From positions 26,144 through 90,143 of the forward strand of contig PMOA01000148.1 in the NCBI GenBank assembly GCA_003161635.1: a DNA stretch of 64,000 nt. The letters run 5' to 3'. The notes beneath the pieces were generated by a model. The model was not told where the DNA came from. It saw only the letters and a list, made by a program, of their open reading frames with translations, and ran no database searches. A program made the position numbers and the translations under genes. Source of the DNA: Limisphaerales bacterium (GTDB taxonomy: Bacteria; Verrucomicrobiota; Verrucomicrobiia; Limisphaerales; UBA11358). Shown here one piece after another: positions 13,777 through 22,643 of this stretch; the stretch's first letter is position 1; every line of letters begins with the position of its first letter.

Positions 13777-13847
13777 TAAGAGCCCGCAGAACGTCAATTG
13801 TTCCCGCAAAAAATCACCGGGAACAATTGTTCTCCCGGTTCATCTTA
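13777..13847. promoter_or_regulatory. Second back-to-back ECF-type promoter pair
   Basis: + strand: GGAAC 13820-13824, 17 nt, ATCTTA 13842-13847 (towards the 13969 operon). - strand: GGAAC = complement of 13800-13804, 17 nt, CTCTTA = complement of 13777-13782. Confidence 0.45.
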
Positions 13848-13968
13848 CCTGCAAGTGGGAGTGGCATTTTCACTCAAAACGTTTTCGGCGGTCACAGTTG
13901 GCGCCCTGCCATTAGGTTTCGCCAATTTTTCCGGCCAGAAACAGACGGAACAAACTTGATGAACCATT

Positions 13969-14838
13969 ATGAATGTGATGCGTAATTTATTCAAAGTAAT
14001 GCTCTTGAGCGCGGCCCTGGCGGTTTTCGGCTGCTCCCTCACCGGGTTGGCGCGGACCGTCTCCGTCGGTGTTGCGAACGGCAATGTGCTGTCGTTTTTT
14101 CCGGCCACCACCAACATTGCCACCGGCGATTCGGTGCTTTGGACCTGGAATTCCACCGGGATCACCCCGCATTCAACAACGAGTGATACCAATGGACTGT
14201 GGGATTCGACGTCTGTTCCGGCACCACACACTTTCACCCAGACGTTCACTTCCGCAGGCACTTTTCCCTATCATTGCACCATCCATGTCAGCTTGGGCAT
14301 GAAAGGCACCATCATTGTGGCCGCCGCAAATCTGCCGCCGGCCGTCACCATCACCAATCCCGTGTCCGGCAATGTCTTCACCGCGCCGGCCAACGTGACC
14401 ATCCAAGCCTCGGCCTCGGACACGGACGGCACGGTCACCAACGTGCAATTTCGCGTGGGCACAAACGTGGTGGCCAACAAGGCCACCGCCCCCTTCTTCG
14501 GCGTCACCAACAATCTGGCCGCGGGCGGCTATACTCTTTTTGCCATCGCCTCGGATAACAGCGGCGCCACCGCCACCAACCAGGTCGCGATCAGCGTCGT
14601 CACTCCGGTGTCGGTGCTGCTCAGTGCGCCGCAGCCGGTGCCGCCCACGAAGTTCAGGTTCAGTTACACGGCGAATGCCGGGCTGAGTTACATCGTCCAA
14701 CGTTCCACCAATCTGCTTTCGCCCAATTGGACCACCCTCGTCACCAATACGGCAGGAAGCAGCCCGGTGACTTTCACGGACATAAACGCGACGGTCAATC
14801 CGGGATTCTATCGTGTTGGACGCCTGCCGAATCCGTGA
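13969..14838 (+). CDS. Type-1 (blue) copper cupredoxin domain + Ig-like repeat + FYRV C-terminal module
   Basis: Cu ligand pattern TPHS...FPYHCTIHVSLGMKG (H...C-x2-H-x4-M). Ig-like LPPAVTITNPVSGNVF...DTDGTVTNV. Signal with possible lipobox AVFGC. Confidence 0.85.
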   Translation: MNVMRNLFKVMLLSAALAVFGCSLTGLARTVSVGVANGNVLSFFPATTNIATGDSVLWTWNSTGITPHSTTSDTNGLWDSTSVPAPHTFTQTFTSAGTFPYHCTIHVSLGMKGTIIVAAANLPPAVTITNPVSGNVFTAPANVTIQASASDTDGTVTNVQFRVGTNVVANKATAPFFGVTNNLAAGGYTLFAIASDNSGATATNQVAISVVTPVSVLLSAPQPVPPTKFRFSYTANAGLSYIVQRSTNLLSPNWTTLVTNTAGSSPVTFTDINATVNPGFYRVGRLPNP

Positions 14839-14906
14839 TTCGTTGCTTTGTCACAAGCGGACGTTGGGGGTGACTGGTCGGAAACGGGCAATCATGGCTA
14901 AAAAAT

Positions 14907-15827
14907 ATGAGGCTGCGGGGATTATTCGTCAGCGCATTGTCGTTCGGTTTGTTGACGCTGATTTTGTCCGGTGCAAAATCCGCCGGATCTTTTCCACCAT
15001 CCGGCGGAGGGGCAACGAACGTGCGGATGTTCCCGGCCAAGGGAGTGGTAAAGGAACTCAACCCGGACAACAAAACGGTTGTTATCAGCCACGAAGCCAT
15101 TTCCAATTACATGGCGGCCATGACCATGCCGTTCAAGGTGAAAGACCCAAAAGAACTGGCCGGCCTGCACCGCGGCGATGAAATTTCATTCCGACTCCAG
15201 GTCACTGAAACGGAGAGTTGGGTGGAGCACATCGCCAAAATCGGGACCGTATCCCTGCCCCCAATTCAAACCCCGACCAATCCACCGGTCGTCCGACCGA
15301 ATCATCCGCTCCTGGATTACAAGTTCACCAATGAACTGGACCAGGCGGTGAGCTTGAACGATTTTCGCGGTCAGGCGCTGGCCATCACATTTTTTTACAC
15401 CCGCTGCCCGCTGCCCGATTATTGCCCGCGGCTGTCGAAAAATTTTCAGGCGGCATCGCAGAAACTCGGTTCCCTGCCCGGCGCTCCCGCCAACTGGCAT
15501 TTCCTTTCAATTTCCTTCGACACGGAATTTGACACGCCGAACATGCTCAAAGCCTACGGCAATAGTTATCAATACGATCCGAAACATTGGAGTTTTCTGA
15601 CCGGGCCACCGGACAAAATCGGCGAACTCGCCCGGCAATCAGGCGCCAGCTATGAACTCGACGCCGGCACTTTCAACCACAATTTTCGCACGCTCATCGT
15701 TGACGCCAGTGGTCATCTGCAGATGGTTTTTCCAACTGGCGGGGATCTTTCAGACGAAATTGTTGCCGAAATCATCAAGGCCGCCGCCGTAACGAATCAA
15801 CCGGATGCACAAAGTCAAAACCATTGA
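14907..15827 (+). CDS. CusF-like copper-binding domain fused to an SCO1/SenC thioredoxin-fold copper chaperone
   Basis: GVVKELNPDNKTVVISHEAISNYMAAMTMPFKV (CusF-type M-x-M). FFYTRCPLPDYCP...WHFLSISFD...NHNFRTLIVD (SCO family). Confidence 0.85.
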   Translation: MRLRGLFVSALSFGLLTLILSGAKSAGSFPPSGGGATNVRMFPAKGVVKELNPDNKTVVISHEAISNYMAAMTMPFKVKDPKELAGLHRGDEISFRLQVTETESWVEHIAKIGTVSLPPIQTPTNPPVVRPNHPLLDYKFTNELDQAVSLNDFRGQALAITFFYTRCPLPDYCPRLSKNFQAASQKLGSLPGAPANWHFLSISFDTEFDTPNMLKAYGNSYQYDPKHWSFLTGPPDKIGELARQSGASYELDAGTFNHNFRTLIVDASGHLQMVFPTGGDLSDEIVAEIIKAAAVTNQPDAQSQNH

Positions 15828-16615
15828 AACTAAAGCGAATATTGGCCGTAACGATGGCGCTTGGCGCCGCCGGCGGCGCGGCGGTCTGTTTGATTTCGTG
15901 TTCCACCACACCGGACGCCGTGGTCGTGCCGCTGGAAATTCCCGGCGCACATTTCGTCGGCAACAAGGCCTGCCTGGATTGTCACGCCGACATCGTCCGC
16001 AAATTTCCCGCCAGCCCGCATGCGCGGGTCCATTTTGAAAATGCGGCCAGGGTCGGCGAAACCGGCTGCGAATCCTGCCACGGTCCCGGCAGCAAGCACA
16101 TCGAAGCCGGCGGCGCAAAATTATTCATCATCAATCCCGGCCCGGACCCGTCATCCTGTTTTCAATGTCATCTCGACGTTCACGCTGAATTTAGCCTGCC
16201 GCAGCATCATCAGGTCATCGAAGGCCACCTGAGTTGCGTGCAATGTCACGATCCCCACGGCGGCGACATCTTCAAGCCAAAAGGCGGGCTGGCCATGGCC
16301 CGACAGGACGAAAGCTGCGCGCAATGTCATCGCGACCAGACACGGCCCTTTGTTTTCGAGCACGCGGCGTTGCGCGAAGGTTGCACGACCTGCCATAACC
16401 CGCACGGTTCGATCAACCAGAAAATGCTCGTGGCGAGCGACCCCAATCTTTGCCTGCGTTGCCACGCCCAGGTCCAGGGCCCGAGCGTCCCCAATGGAAG
16501 CATTTACATCGGGAATACGGACCATACCCGGCTTTTGCGAATCGGCACGTGCTGGACGGCTGGATGCCACACGGCCATTCACGGTTCCAACGTGGATCCC
16601 CGGCTCAGGTATTGA
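15824..16615 (+). CDS. Multihaem c-type cytochrome lipoprotein (7 CxxCH + 1 Cx4CH)
   Basis: CLDCH, CESCH, CFQCH, CVQCH, CAQCH, CTTCH, CLRCH and CWTAGCH. Lipobox LISCS. CTTCHNPHGS...LCLRCH resembles the paired-CXXCH motif. 4-nt overlap with the upstream gene. Confidence 0.9.
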   Translation: MKLKRILAVTMALGAAGGAAVCLISCSTTPDAVVVPLEIPGAHFVGNKACLDCHADIVRKFPASPHARVHFENAARVGETGCESCHGPGSKHIEAGGAKLFIINPGPDPSSCFQCHLDVHAEFSLPQHHQVIEGHLSCVQCHDPHGGDIFKPKGGLAMARQDESCAQCHRDQTRPFVFEHAALREGCTTCHNPHGSINQKMLVASDPNLCLRCHAQVQGPSVPNGSIYIGNTDHTRLLRIGTCWTAGCHTAIHGSNVDPRLRY

Positions 16616-16635
16616 ACGCGCGGTCAAAGCATGGC

Positions 16636-18999
16636 ATGAAAGTCTCCCCGCCAAACGAATTCAAGCCGCGCATCCTGGCTTTTCTTCTGTGTTTGACCGG
16701 TTGCCTGTCATCCTCCGCCGACGAGCCCCAACCCGAACCGCTACCGCCACTTCCGCCACCCGCCAGCGGGCAGATTGATTTCGACCGCGACATCAAACCC
16801 ATTCTGGATGCGTCCTGCCTGCGTTGTCACGGGCCGGAAAAGCCGAAGAGCCATTTCCGCCTCGACAACCGCGAGTCGGCGCTCAAGGGCGGTAACAACA
16901 ACACCAATGACATCATTCCCGGCGAGAGCAACCGGAGCAAATTGATCGCCTATGTAGCCGGGTTGGACAAGGACATCCAAATGCCGCCGCCCGACCATGG
17001 ACCATCGCTCACGCCCCAACAAATCGGCCTCCTGTGGGCGTGGATTGATCAAGGCGCAAATTGGAACACCACCAATCAAGCTTCACCTCTCCGGCTCAAT
17101 TTTGAACCGACCTTTCGCTGGATTGGGGTTCAGGGCGACAAATCCAAATTCCGGGAACTCGAGGGCATGAAAGAGGGTTTTGCGGGCGGAGTCACGGACG
17201 CTTTGTTCAGCCAGCAAACCGGTCCCAACGAAAAATTTTTACTGGAGGGACATTTTATTGTTCCCGACCAGGATTTCCGGTTGAAACTGGCGCTGGATGA
17301 AACGGACCGGGGTTTTGTCCATGCCGGTTTCGAGGAATGGCGCAAGTATTACACTGATACCGGCGGATACGATCCCGCCGTGGCCCCGCCGGAGTTCAAT
17401 TTCAACCGCGATTTGTACGTGGACAACGGGCGGATCTGGGTGGATCTGGGCCTCACCCTGCCGCGCTGGCCGCAAATCGTGCTGGGTTACGAATATCAAT
17501 TCAAACAAGGCAACAAGTCCATGCTGGATTGGGGCCAGGCGAACAGGGAGAATGTCAATATTGTCCCGTCCATCAAGGCGATTGATGAACACACGCATAT
17601 CATCAAACTCGACGTGACGCACGATTTCGACGGCTGGCACCTGGAGGACAATGCCCGCGTCGAGTTTTACTACGAAAAAAACCGCAGTGATGAAACCAAC
17701 GCCTTCCAGGCCGCGGGCACCACCGAGACGCGGGACAAGTATAATCACGTGCAGGGCATGAACACGTTGACGCTGGAAAAACAAATCCGCGATTGGTGGT
17801 ATTTGTCCGGCGGCGGTTACTATTCCAAACTCGAAGGCACCGACTTTTTCAATCAAACCAACGGCGCATTCGGCCTTTCCTGGAACAGCCAGGAAATCAC
17901 GCTCCGGCGCGAATCGGAAATTTTCAGCCTGACCAGCCTCTTCACGCCGCTGGCCGGTCTCAGCTTTTCGGTGGGCACCCAAAACGAATGGACGCACGAG
18001 GAGGGCTTCGGCAACGCGCCCAATCTCGAATTTCTCATTACCAATGCATTCGAAAATGCCAACCTGGACACATTCAAGTCCATGCAAAAAGCGAACCTTC
18101 GTTTTACGAAAATTCCCTTCACGGTCCTTTTTGCCGACACCCGGTTCGAACAGGAAAGCATCGAAGAATCTCAATCGCAGGCCCCGGCCGGCGCCCTGAC
18201 CCGCCAGACCGACGCCACGAATTACCGCTACAATCTTCGCGGCGGTTTCAACACCTCGCCCTGGCGCTGGTCGTCCTTGAACGCGGAATACCGGTGGAAA
18301 TCCAGCGACACCGACTACAACCATTCCCGGGACGTATGGGGCAGCGGTCTCGGCACTCCGACCAACGGATACCCGGCCTTCATTCTCGGGCGCACCATTC
18401 ATGGCGGCGAGTTTGAAACGAAACTCGCCCTGCGGCCCGCAAACTGGCTCAAAACCACGTTGACCTACCAGATTGCCAGCACGGATTATTCAACGCGGAC
18501 CGACCCGGCCGTGGACGCGGCCACGCTTGCTCCGGTTTCTCCCGGGGGAACGATTCTGGCTGGAAAATATGACGCCCAGACTTTCGGGTTCAGCGCCACG
18601 CTCACGCCCGTCCGGCGATTTTATTTTTACAGCGCCTTCACTTACAGCCTGTCCCGTCTGACGACGGCCAGCCACGGCGATCCGTCCGTTGTCCCTTACA
18701 GCGGCAACGTCTATACCATCATCACCATCGCCAGTTACGCTTTGAACCCGAAAACCGGCCTGCAGGCCACCTACAACTTCTCGCGTGGTGATTACGGGCA
18801 GCATAACACCGCCGGCGTGCCCCTCGGAATTGATTTTACCCACCAGCAACTGCTGGTCGGCCTGACCCGGCGGTTCAGCGACCGGGTATCCGCTTCCCTG
18901 CGCTACGGATTTTCCCAATACTCGGAACCAAGCAGCAACAACCTGAACAATTTCACCTCGCACGGGATTTTCGCCACCCTCAGTTACAAATGGCCGTGA
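16636..18999 (+). CDS. Lipoprotein: PSCyt1-type monohaem cytochrome c domain fused to a ~650-aa probable outer-membrane beta-barrel
   Basis: Start MKVSPPNEFKPRILAFLLCLTGC (lipobox). The track ORF from 16450 overlaps the upstream gene. DIKPILDASCLRCHGPEKPKSHFRLDNRESALKGG...LLWAWIDQGANW is PSCyt1-like. The remainder is rich in alternating aromatic/polar strands with Y/G/N/T turns, and ends in the OMP-like terminus GIFATLSYKWP. Confidence 0.7.
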   Translation: MKVSPPNEFKPRILAFLLCLTGCLSSSADEPQPEPLPPLPPPASGQIDFDRDIKPILDASCLRCHGPEKPKSHFRLDNRESALKGGNNNTNDIIPGESNRSKLIAYVAGLDKDIQMPPPDHGPSLTPQQIGLLWAWIDQGANWNTTNQASPLRLNFEPTFRWIGVQGDKSKFRELEGMKEGFAGGVTDALFSQQTGPNEKFLLEGHFIVPDQDFRLKLALDETDRGFVHAGFEEWRKYYTDTGGYDPAVAPPEFNFNRDLYVDNGRIWVDLGLTLPRWPQIVLGYEYQFKQGNKSMLDWGQANRENVNIVPSIKAIDEHTHIIKLDVTHDFDGWHLEDNARVEFYYEKNRSDETNAFQAAGTTETRDKYNHVQGMNTLTLEKQIRDWWYLSGGGYYSKLEGTDFFNQTNGAFGLSWNSQEITLRRESEIFSLTSLFTPLAGLSFSVGTQNEWTHEEGFGNAPNLEFLITNAFENANLDTFKSMQKANLRFTKIPFTVLFADTRFEQESIEESQSQAPAGALTRQTDATNYRYNLRGGFNTSPWRWSSLNAEYRWKSSDTDYNHSRDVWGSGLGTPTNGYPAFILGRTIHGGEFETKLALRPANWLKTTLTYQIASTDYSTRTDPAVDAATLAPVSPGGTILAGKYDAQTFGFSATLTPVRRFYFYSAFTYSLSRLTTASHGDPSVVPYSGNVYTIITIASYALNPKTGLQATYNFSRGDYGQHNTAGVPLGIDFTHQQLLVGLTRRFSDRVSASLRYGFSQYSEPSSNNLNNFTSHGIFATLSYKWP

Positions 19000-19805
19000 C
19001 TGCGTGTCGCTTCCCACGTCAATCGCAAACCTTCCAACGTCAGATTCGGTTCAACGGCTGAAATCTCCGGCAGTTTGGACCCAATCAGCTTCGCGTAACC
19101 GCCTGTGGCGACAACCGGCAGATGTTTTGTTTTCAACTCGCGCTTCAGCTCGCCAATCAATTCACGAACCAGCCCACGATAGCCATGCACCGCGCCGACC
19201 AGCATCGCTTCCTCGGTGCTTTTGCCGATGCTCGTCTTGATTTCGTGGATTTTGATGCGCGGCAGCAATGCCGTTTTCTCGTGCAAATAATCCGTCATCG
19301 CCGCCAGCCCCGGCGCGATGATGCCGCCGACATAGTTGCCGGCGCGATTGATCACATCGAACGTGACGGCGGTGCCGAAATCCAGCACTACCACCGGCGC
19401 GCCAAAGTGATGTCGCGCGGCAACCGCATTGGCCAGGCGATCCGGACCGATGGTGTCCGGCTTCGGATAATCAATCCCCACGCCGCATACAGTTTTCGGC
19501 GTCAATTCAAGCATCGGAACGCCGGGCACCGTCCCGGCATGTTGCTGAATTTGCTTTCGAGCCGAGCCGGTGCTCGGCGCTCCAAGTTGGGCGATGAATT
19601 CCCGGACAAACGGCGTCGCACGCGGGACGACGCTGCAAAGCGCCACACCGTCAAGCCGGGCGCGGCCAACGAATTTTCGCACCAGCTTCGCCGCCGCACC
19701 GTTGAACCAGTTCGCCGTGGGAATGTCGGTCTGCTTCACGACCCGCCGGTTGTTCGCCAGACCGGCGTGCGTGTTCGTGTTGCCGATGTCAAAAAGCAAA
19801 AGCAT
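18984..19805 (-). CDS. coaX: Type III pantothenate kinase
   Basis: MLLLFDIGNTNTH, IGPDRLANAVAA, VLDFGTAVTFD, GGYAKLI. The upstream ORF extension (to 19871) is translation of a hairpin repeat. Confidence 0.85.
   Translation of the reverse strand: MLLLFDIGNTNTHAGLANNRRVVKQTDIPTANWFNGAAAKLVRKFVGRARLDGVALCSVVPRATPFVREFIAQLGAPSTGSARKQIQQHAGTVPGVPMLELTPKTVCGVGIDYPKPDTIGPDRLANAVAARHHFGAPVVVLDFGTAVTFDVINRAGNYVGGIIAPGLAAMTDYLHEKTALLPRIKIHEIKTSIGKSTEEAMLVGAVHGYRGLVRELIGELKRELKTKHLPVVATGGYAKLIGSKLPEISAVEPNLTLEGLRLTWEATRSHGHL
19527..19583. repeat. Probable in-frame palindromic insertion in coaX
   Basis: Hairpins gccgggcaccgtcccggc and gagccgagccggtgctcggcgctc encode GAPSTGSARKQIQQHAGTVPG. The segment is about 19 aa longer than in T. 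maritima CoaX as I recall it. Confidence 0.4.
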
Positions 19806-19883
19806 GGGGTAATGGAGTAATGGAGTAATGGAGTGTTGGAAATCTTTTTCAGCGCCGCACCACTCCATCACTCCATCACTCCG
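19806..19883. repeat. Intergenic hairpin of tandem octamers (taatggag x3 / ctccatca x3)
   Basis: ggggtaatggagtaatggagtaatggagtg...caccactccatcactccatcactccg, between birA and coaX. Confidence 0.7.
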
Positions 19884-19884
19884 T

Positions 19885-20862
19885 TCACTTTTCCAAGGTC
19901 ACATCGCCGCCGATGACGCGCTCCAGATGCCCGTGCTCGGTGCGCAGCAGCAAGGCGCCGGCGTCATCCAACGACTCGGCGCGGCCGCGAATCTTGCGCT
20001 CGCCAGTTTGAATCGTCACGTTGCGGCCAATCGTCTGGCAATGCGCTTCCCATTCGTCCGCCACCTCCGCGAAGCAGCCGCCGCAAATCCGTGTGTAATC
20101 GCCATCGAGTTCGCGCAAAATCGCCGTCGCCAGTTCTGAGCGCGAAATCGTTTTGCCCGATTCAATTTTGAGCGAAGTCGCCAGCTTGCGCAATTCCGGT
20201 GGAAACTCGCTCGTGCTCAGATTTACGTCCACGCCGATGCCCAGGATGACGTGACGAACCCGGTCCAATTCCGCGCTCAACTCGGTCAAAATGCCCGCGA
20301 CTTTTTTCCCGCCAATTAAAATGTCGTTCGGCCATTTGATTTCGGGATGCAAACCGGTTTCGGATTGAATCGCGCGTCGAAGCGCCGTTGCGGAAGCGAC
20401 CGTCAATTGCGTCGCTTCCTGCGGGCGCAAATCCGGCCGCAGCAAAACGGAAAACCAAAGTCCTTTCCGTCCGGGCGAAATCCATTTGCGGCCGAGCCGC
20501 CCCCGGCCCTTCGTCTGCGACTCGGCAAAAACGACAGCGCCCTCCTTGACGCCGTCGCGGGCGAGTTTTTCGATCACGTCGTTCGTCGAGGTCGTTTGCT
20601 CGAACACGCGGATGTCGCGGCCGATGACCTTCGTTTTGCCGAGGCGGGCGAGCAAATCGTCGGCGTGCAACACATCCGGCGCGCTGACGAGCCGGTAGCC
20701 AAAATGCGGACCGGCCTCGATTTCGTAGCCGAGCTGGCGCAACTGCTCGATGCGTCCCCAAATCGCCGCGCGCGTGACCCCCAATTGCCCGGCAAGGTCT
20801 GCGCCCGAAACGCCGTCGGGATTTTCGCGCAACGCGGAAAGAATTTTTGCGTCCGTGGTCAT
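19885..20862 (-). CDS. birA: Bifunctional biotin-[acetyl-CoA-carboxylase] ligase / biotin operon repressor
   Basis: N-terminal wHTH ILSALRENPDGVSGADLAGQLGVTRAAIWGRIEQLRQLGYEIE. GRGRLGRKW motif. Confidence 0.9.
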   Translation of the reverse strand: MTTDAKILSALRENPDGVSGADLAGQLGVTRAAIWGRIEQLRQLGYEIEAGPHFGYRLVSAPDVLHADDLLARLGKTKVIGRDIRVFEQTTSTNDVIEKLARDGVKEGAVVFAESQTKGRGRLGRKWISPGRKGLWFSVLLRPDLRPQEATQLTVASATALRRAIQSETGLHPEIKWPNDILIGGKKVAGILTELSAELDRVRHVILGIGVDVNLSTSEFPPELRKLATSLKIESGKTISRSELATAILRELDGDYTRICGGCFAEVADEWEAHCQTIGRNVTIQTGERKIRGRAESLDDAGALLLRTEHGHLERVIGGDVTLEK

Positions 20863-20871
20863 CAAAAAATA

Positions 20872-21113
20872 AACGCAAAGGCGCAAAGACCCGAAGACGC
20901 AAGCTTTTCAAATCTCTTTGCACTGCAATCCCCCGGAATCATCATGCGCCGCGAGGATTTTGGACTGCGGTGGCAAAGCGCAGCGGCGACACCGCTTTTG
21001 GAACGCCGACCAACGTTGTAAAAGCGGCGTGGCGCTTCGCTTCCCGCCGCACTCCAAAAAGTTTGGTTGCAGCTTTGCCGCGCTGTGGCTTTGCGCCTTT
21101 GCGTCTTTGCGTT
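20872..21113. repeat. Intergenic inverted-repeat element (acgcaaaggcgcaaag arms)
   Basis: aacgcaaaggcgcaaagac (20872-20890) versus ggctttgcgcctttgcgtctttgcgtt (21087-21113). Several track ORFs here are translations of it. Confidence 0.55.
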
Positions 21114-21118
21114 AAATT

Positions 21119-21970
21119 TCATTCAACAAAATCCAATCCCATGTCCACCGCGCGCGCCGAATGCGTCAGCGCACCGATGGAAATGAAATCCACACCGGTT
21201 TTCGCAATCGTCTGAACGCCGGCCAGATTCACGCCGCCGCTGGCTTCGGTTTTCGCGCGGCCTTTGACTTTTTGCACCGCGAGCCGCAATTGCACGGGAT
21301 TCATGTTGTCGAGCAGAATGATGTCCGCGCCCGCGACGGCGGCCTGCTCAGCCTGCTCCAGCGTGTCGGCCTCGACTTCGATTTTCAGTTGCGGAAATTT
21401 TTCGCGCGCGCGCTGGACGGCGGCGATGATGGCGTTCGGCTGTGCATCACGCAGCGCGGCGAGGTGGTTGTCCTTGATGAGCACCATATCGAACATGCCC
21501 ATGCGATGGTTGCGTCCGCCACCGCAGGTGACGGCGTATTTCTCGAACCGCCGCCAGCCGGGCGTCGTCTTGCGCGTGTCGAGAATTTGCGCCGGCGTGT
21601 CTTTGATGGCATCAACGAATTGCGCGGTCAACGTCGCCACGCCGGAAAGCCGCTGGACAAAATTCAAGGCCACGCGCTCGGCGCTCAAAATCGCACGCGC
21701 CAAACCGGAAATTTTCAGCAAAATTTCGCCGCCGTTGACGCGCCGGCCGTCTTTGGCCAATCGTTCAATTTTGACTGCGGCAGAAAGTTCGCGGAAAGCG
21801 GCTTCGGCGAAATCGAGCCCGGCGACGACGAGCGGTTCACGCGCGCGCATGACGGCCCTGGCCGTCGCGGTTTCGGGCACGGTGGCGAGTGTCGTCGCGT
21901 CGCCGCTGCCGATGTCCTCGGCCAGCGCGGCTTGCACGGCGCGTCGGATTTCTGCAGCGGACAATTCCAT
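21119..21970 (-). CDS. nadC: Nicotinate-nucleotide pyrophosphorylase (quinolinate phosphoribosyltransferase)
   Basis: MELSAAEIRRAVQAALAEDIGSGDATT..., RKTTPGWR, VLIKDNH, LLDNM, ASGGV. Confidence 0.9.
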   Translation of the reverse strand: MELSAAEIRRAVQAALAEDIGSGDATTLATVPETATARAVMRAREPLVVAGLDFAEAAFRELSAAVKIERLAKDGRRVNGGEILLKISGLARAILSAERVALNFVQRLSGVATLTAQFVDAIKDTPAQILDTRKTTPGWRRFEKYAVTCGGGRNHRMGMFDMVLIKDNHLAALRDAQPNAIIAAVQRAREKFPQLKIEVEADTLEQAEQAAVAGADIILLDNMNPVQLRLAVQKVKGRAKTEASGGVNLAGVQTIAKTGVDFISIGALTHSARAVDMGLDFVE

Positions 21971-22247
21971 GCCGTCAAGATGAAGGCGAATGGAAAATGG
22001 GAAAAGGAAAAACAGCACACCTGAAATTCAATTGTTTGTAGCAACCGAGGTAACGAGGCTCTGATTGAATTTACGATATGCGATTTGCGATTTATAAAAA
22101 CTCCCACGACCCGCCACAGCTCGTAAATTGAAAATAATGATCCTCCTCACGTCGGCTGCTACGATTCATTATTAATTGCAGGGCGCATTAGTTATGCGGA
22201 CGGTTTAATCTCTCGACTCGGGTGCCGTTATTTGCCAGATTAATGTC

Positions 22248-22574
22248 ATGGATGGAGACGAGCGTGACATTTTTCAATTCCTCAAAACCCGGGGAACCGA
22301 GTTTGTCGGCGCAATGGAGATTGCCCGGCGTGCCGGCAACAAAAAGAAATTTTACGAAGACCCCGACTGGGCCAAAACCGTCCTGATGCAGATGCAGGAA
22401 CGCGGGATTCTTGAACACGACGCCGCGGGGCGCTACCGCATCAAACCGGTTTCCAGAAAGGATAAAAACAAGCACTGGGTTGCGCCGGACATCGCCAAAA
22501 TCCTCCACGAAAGCGGCGTGGAAGTTGAAGCCGGCGGTGACATTGCCCCGGACGAGTATTACGAGGAACTCTGA
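22248..22574 (+). CDS. Hypothetical small acidic protein (possible winged-helix)
   Basis: 108 aa, normal composition. The overlapping 367-aa minus ORF is Arg/Ala-rich antisense noise. Confidence 0.5.
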   Translation: MDGDERDIFQFLKTRGTEFVGAMEIARRAGNKKKFYEDPDWAKTVLMQMQERGILEHDAAGRYRIKPVSRKDKNKHWVAPDIAKILHESGVEVEAGGDIAPDEYYEEL

Positions 22575-22643
22575 CCGCTCATCCGCCCGGCGCAATCGGC
22601 AAACCGAATTTGCCACGCCAAAAATTTTCCGTTCGCACCCGAC

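Noticed and set aside
17239-18402. 387-aa minus-strand ORF inside the beta-barrel gene
   Set aside because: Antisense shadow. No motifs, and its composition is skewed to Gly/Arg/Val/Ala/Pro.
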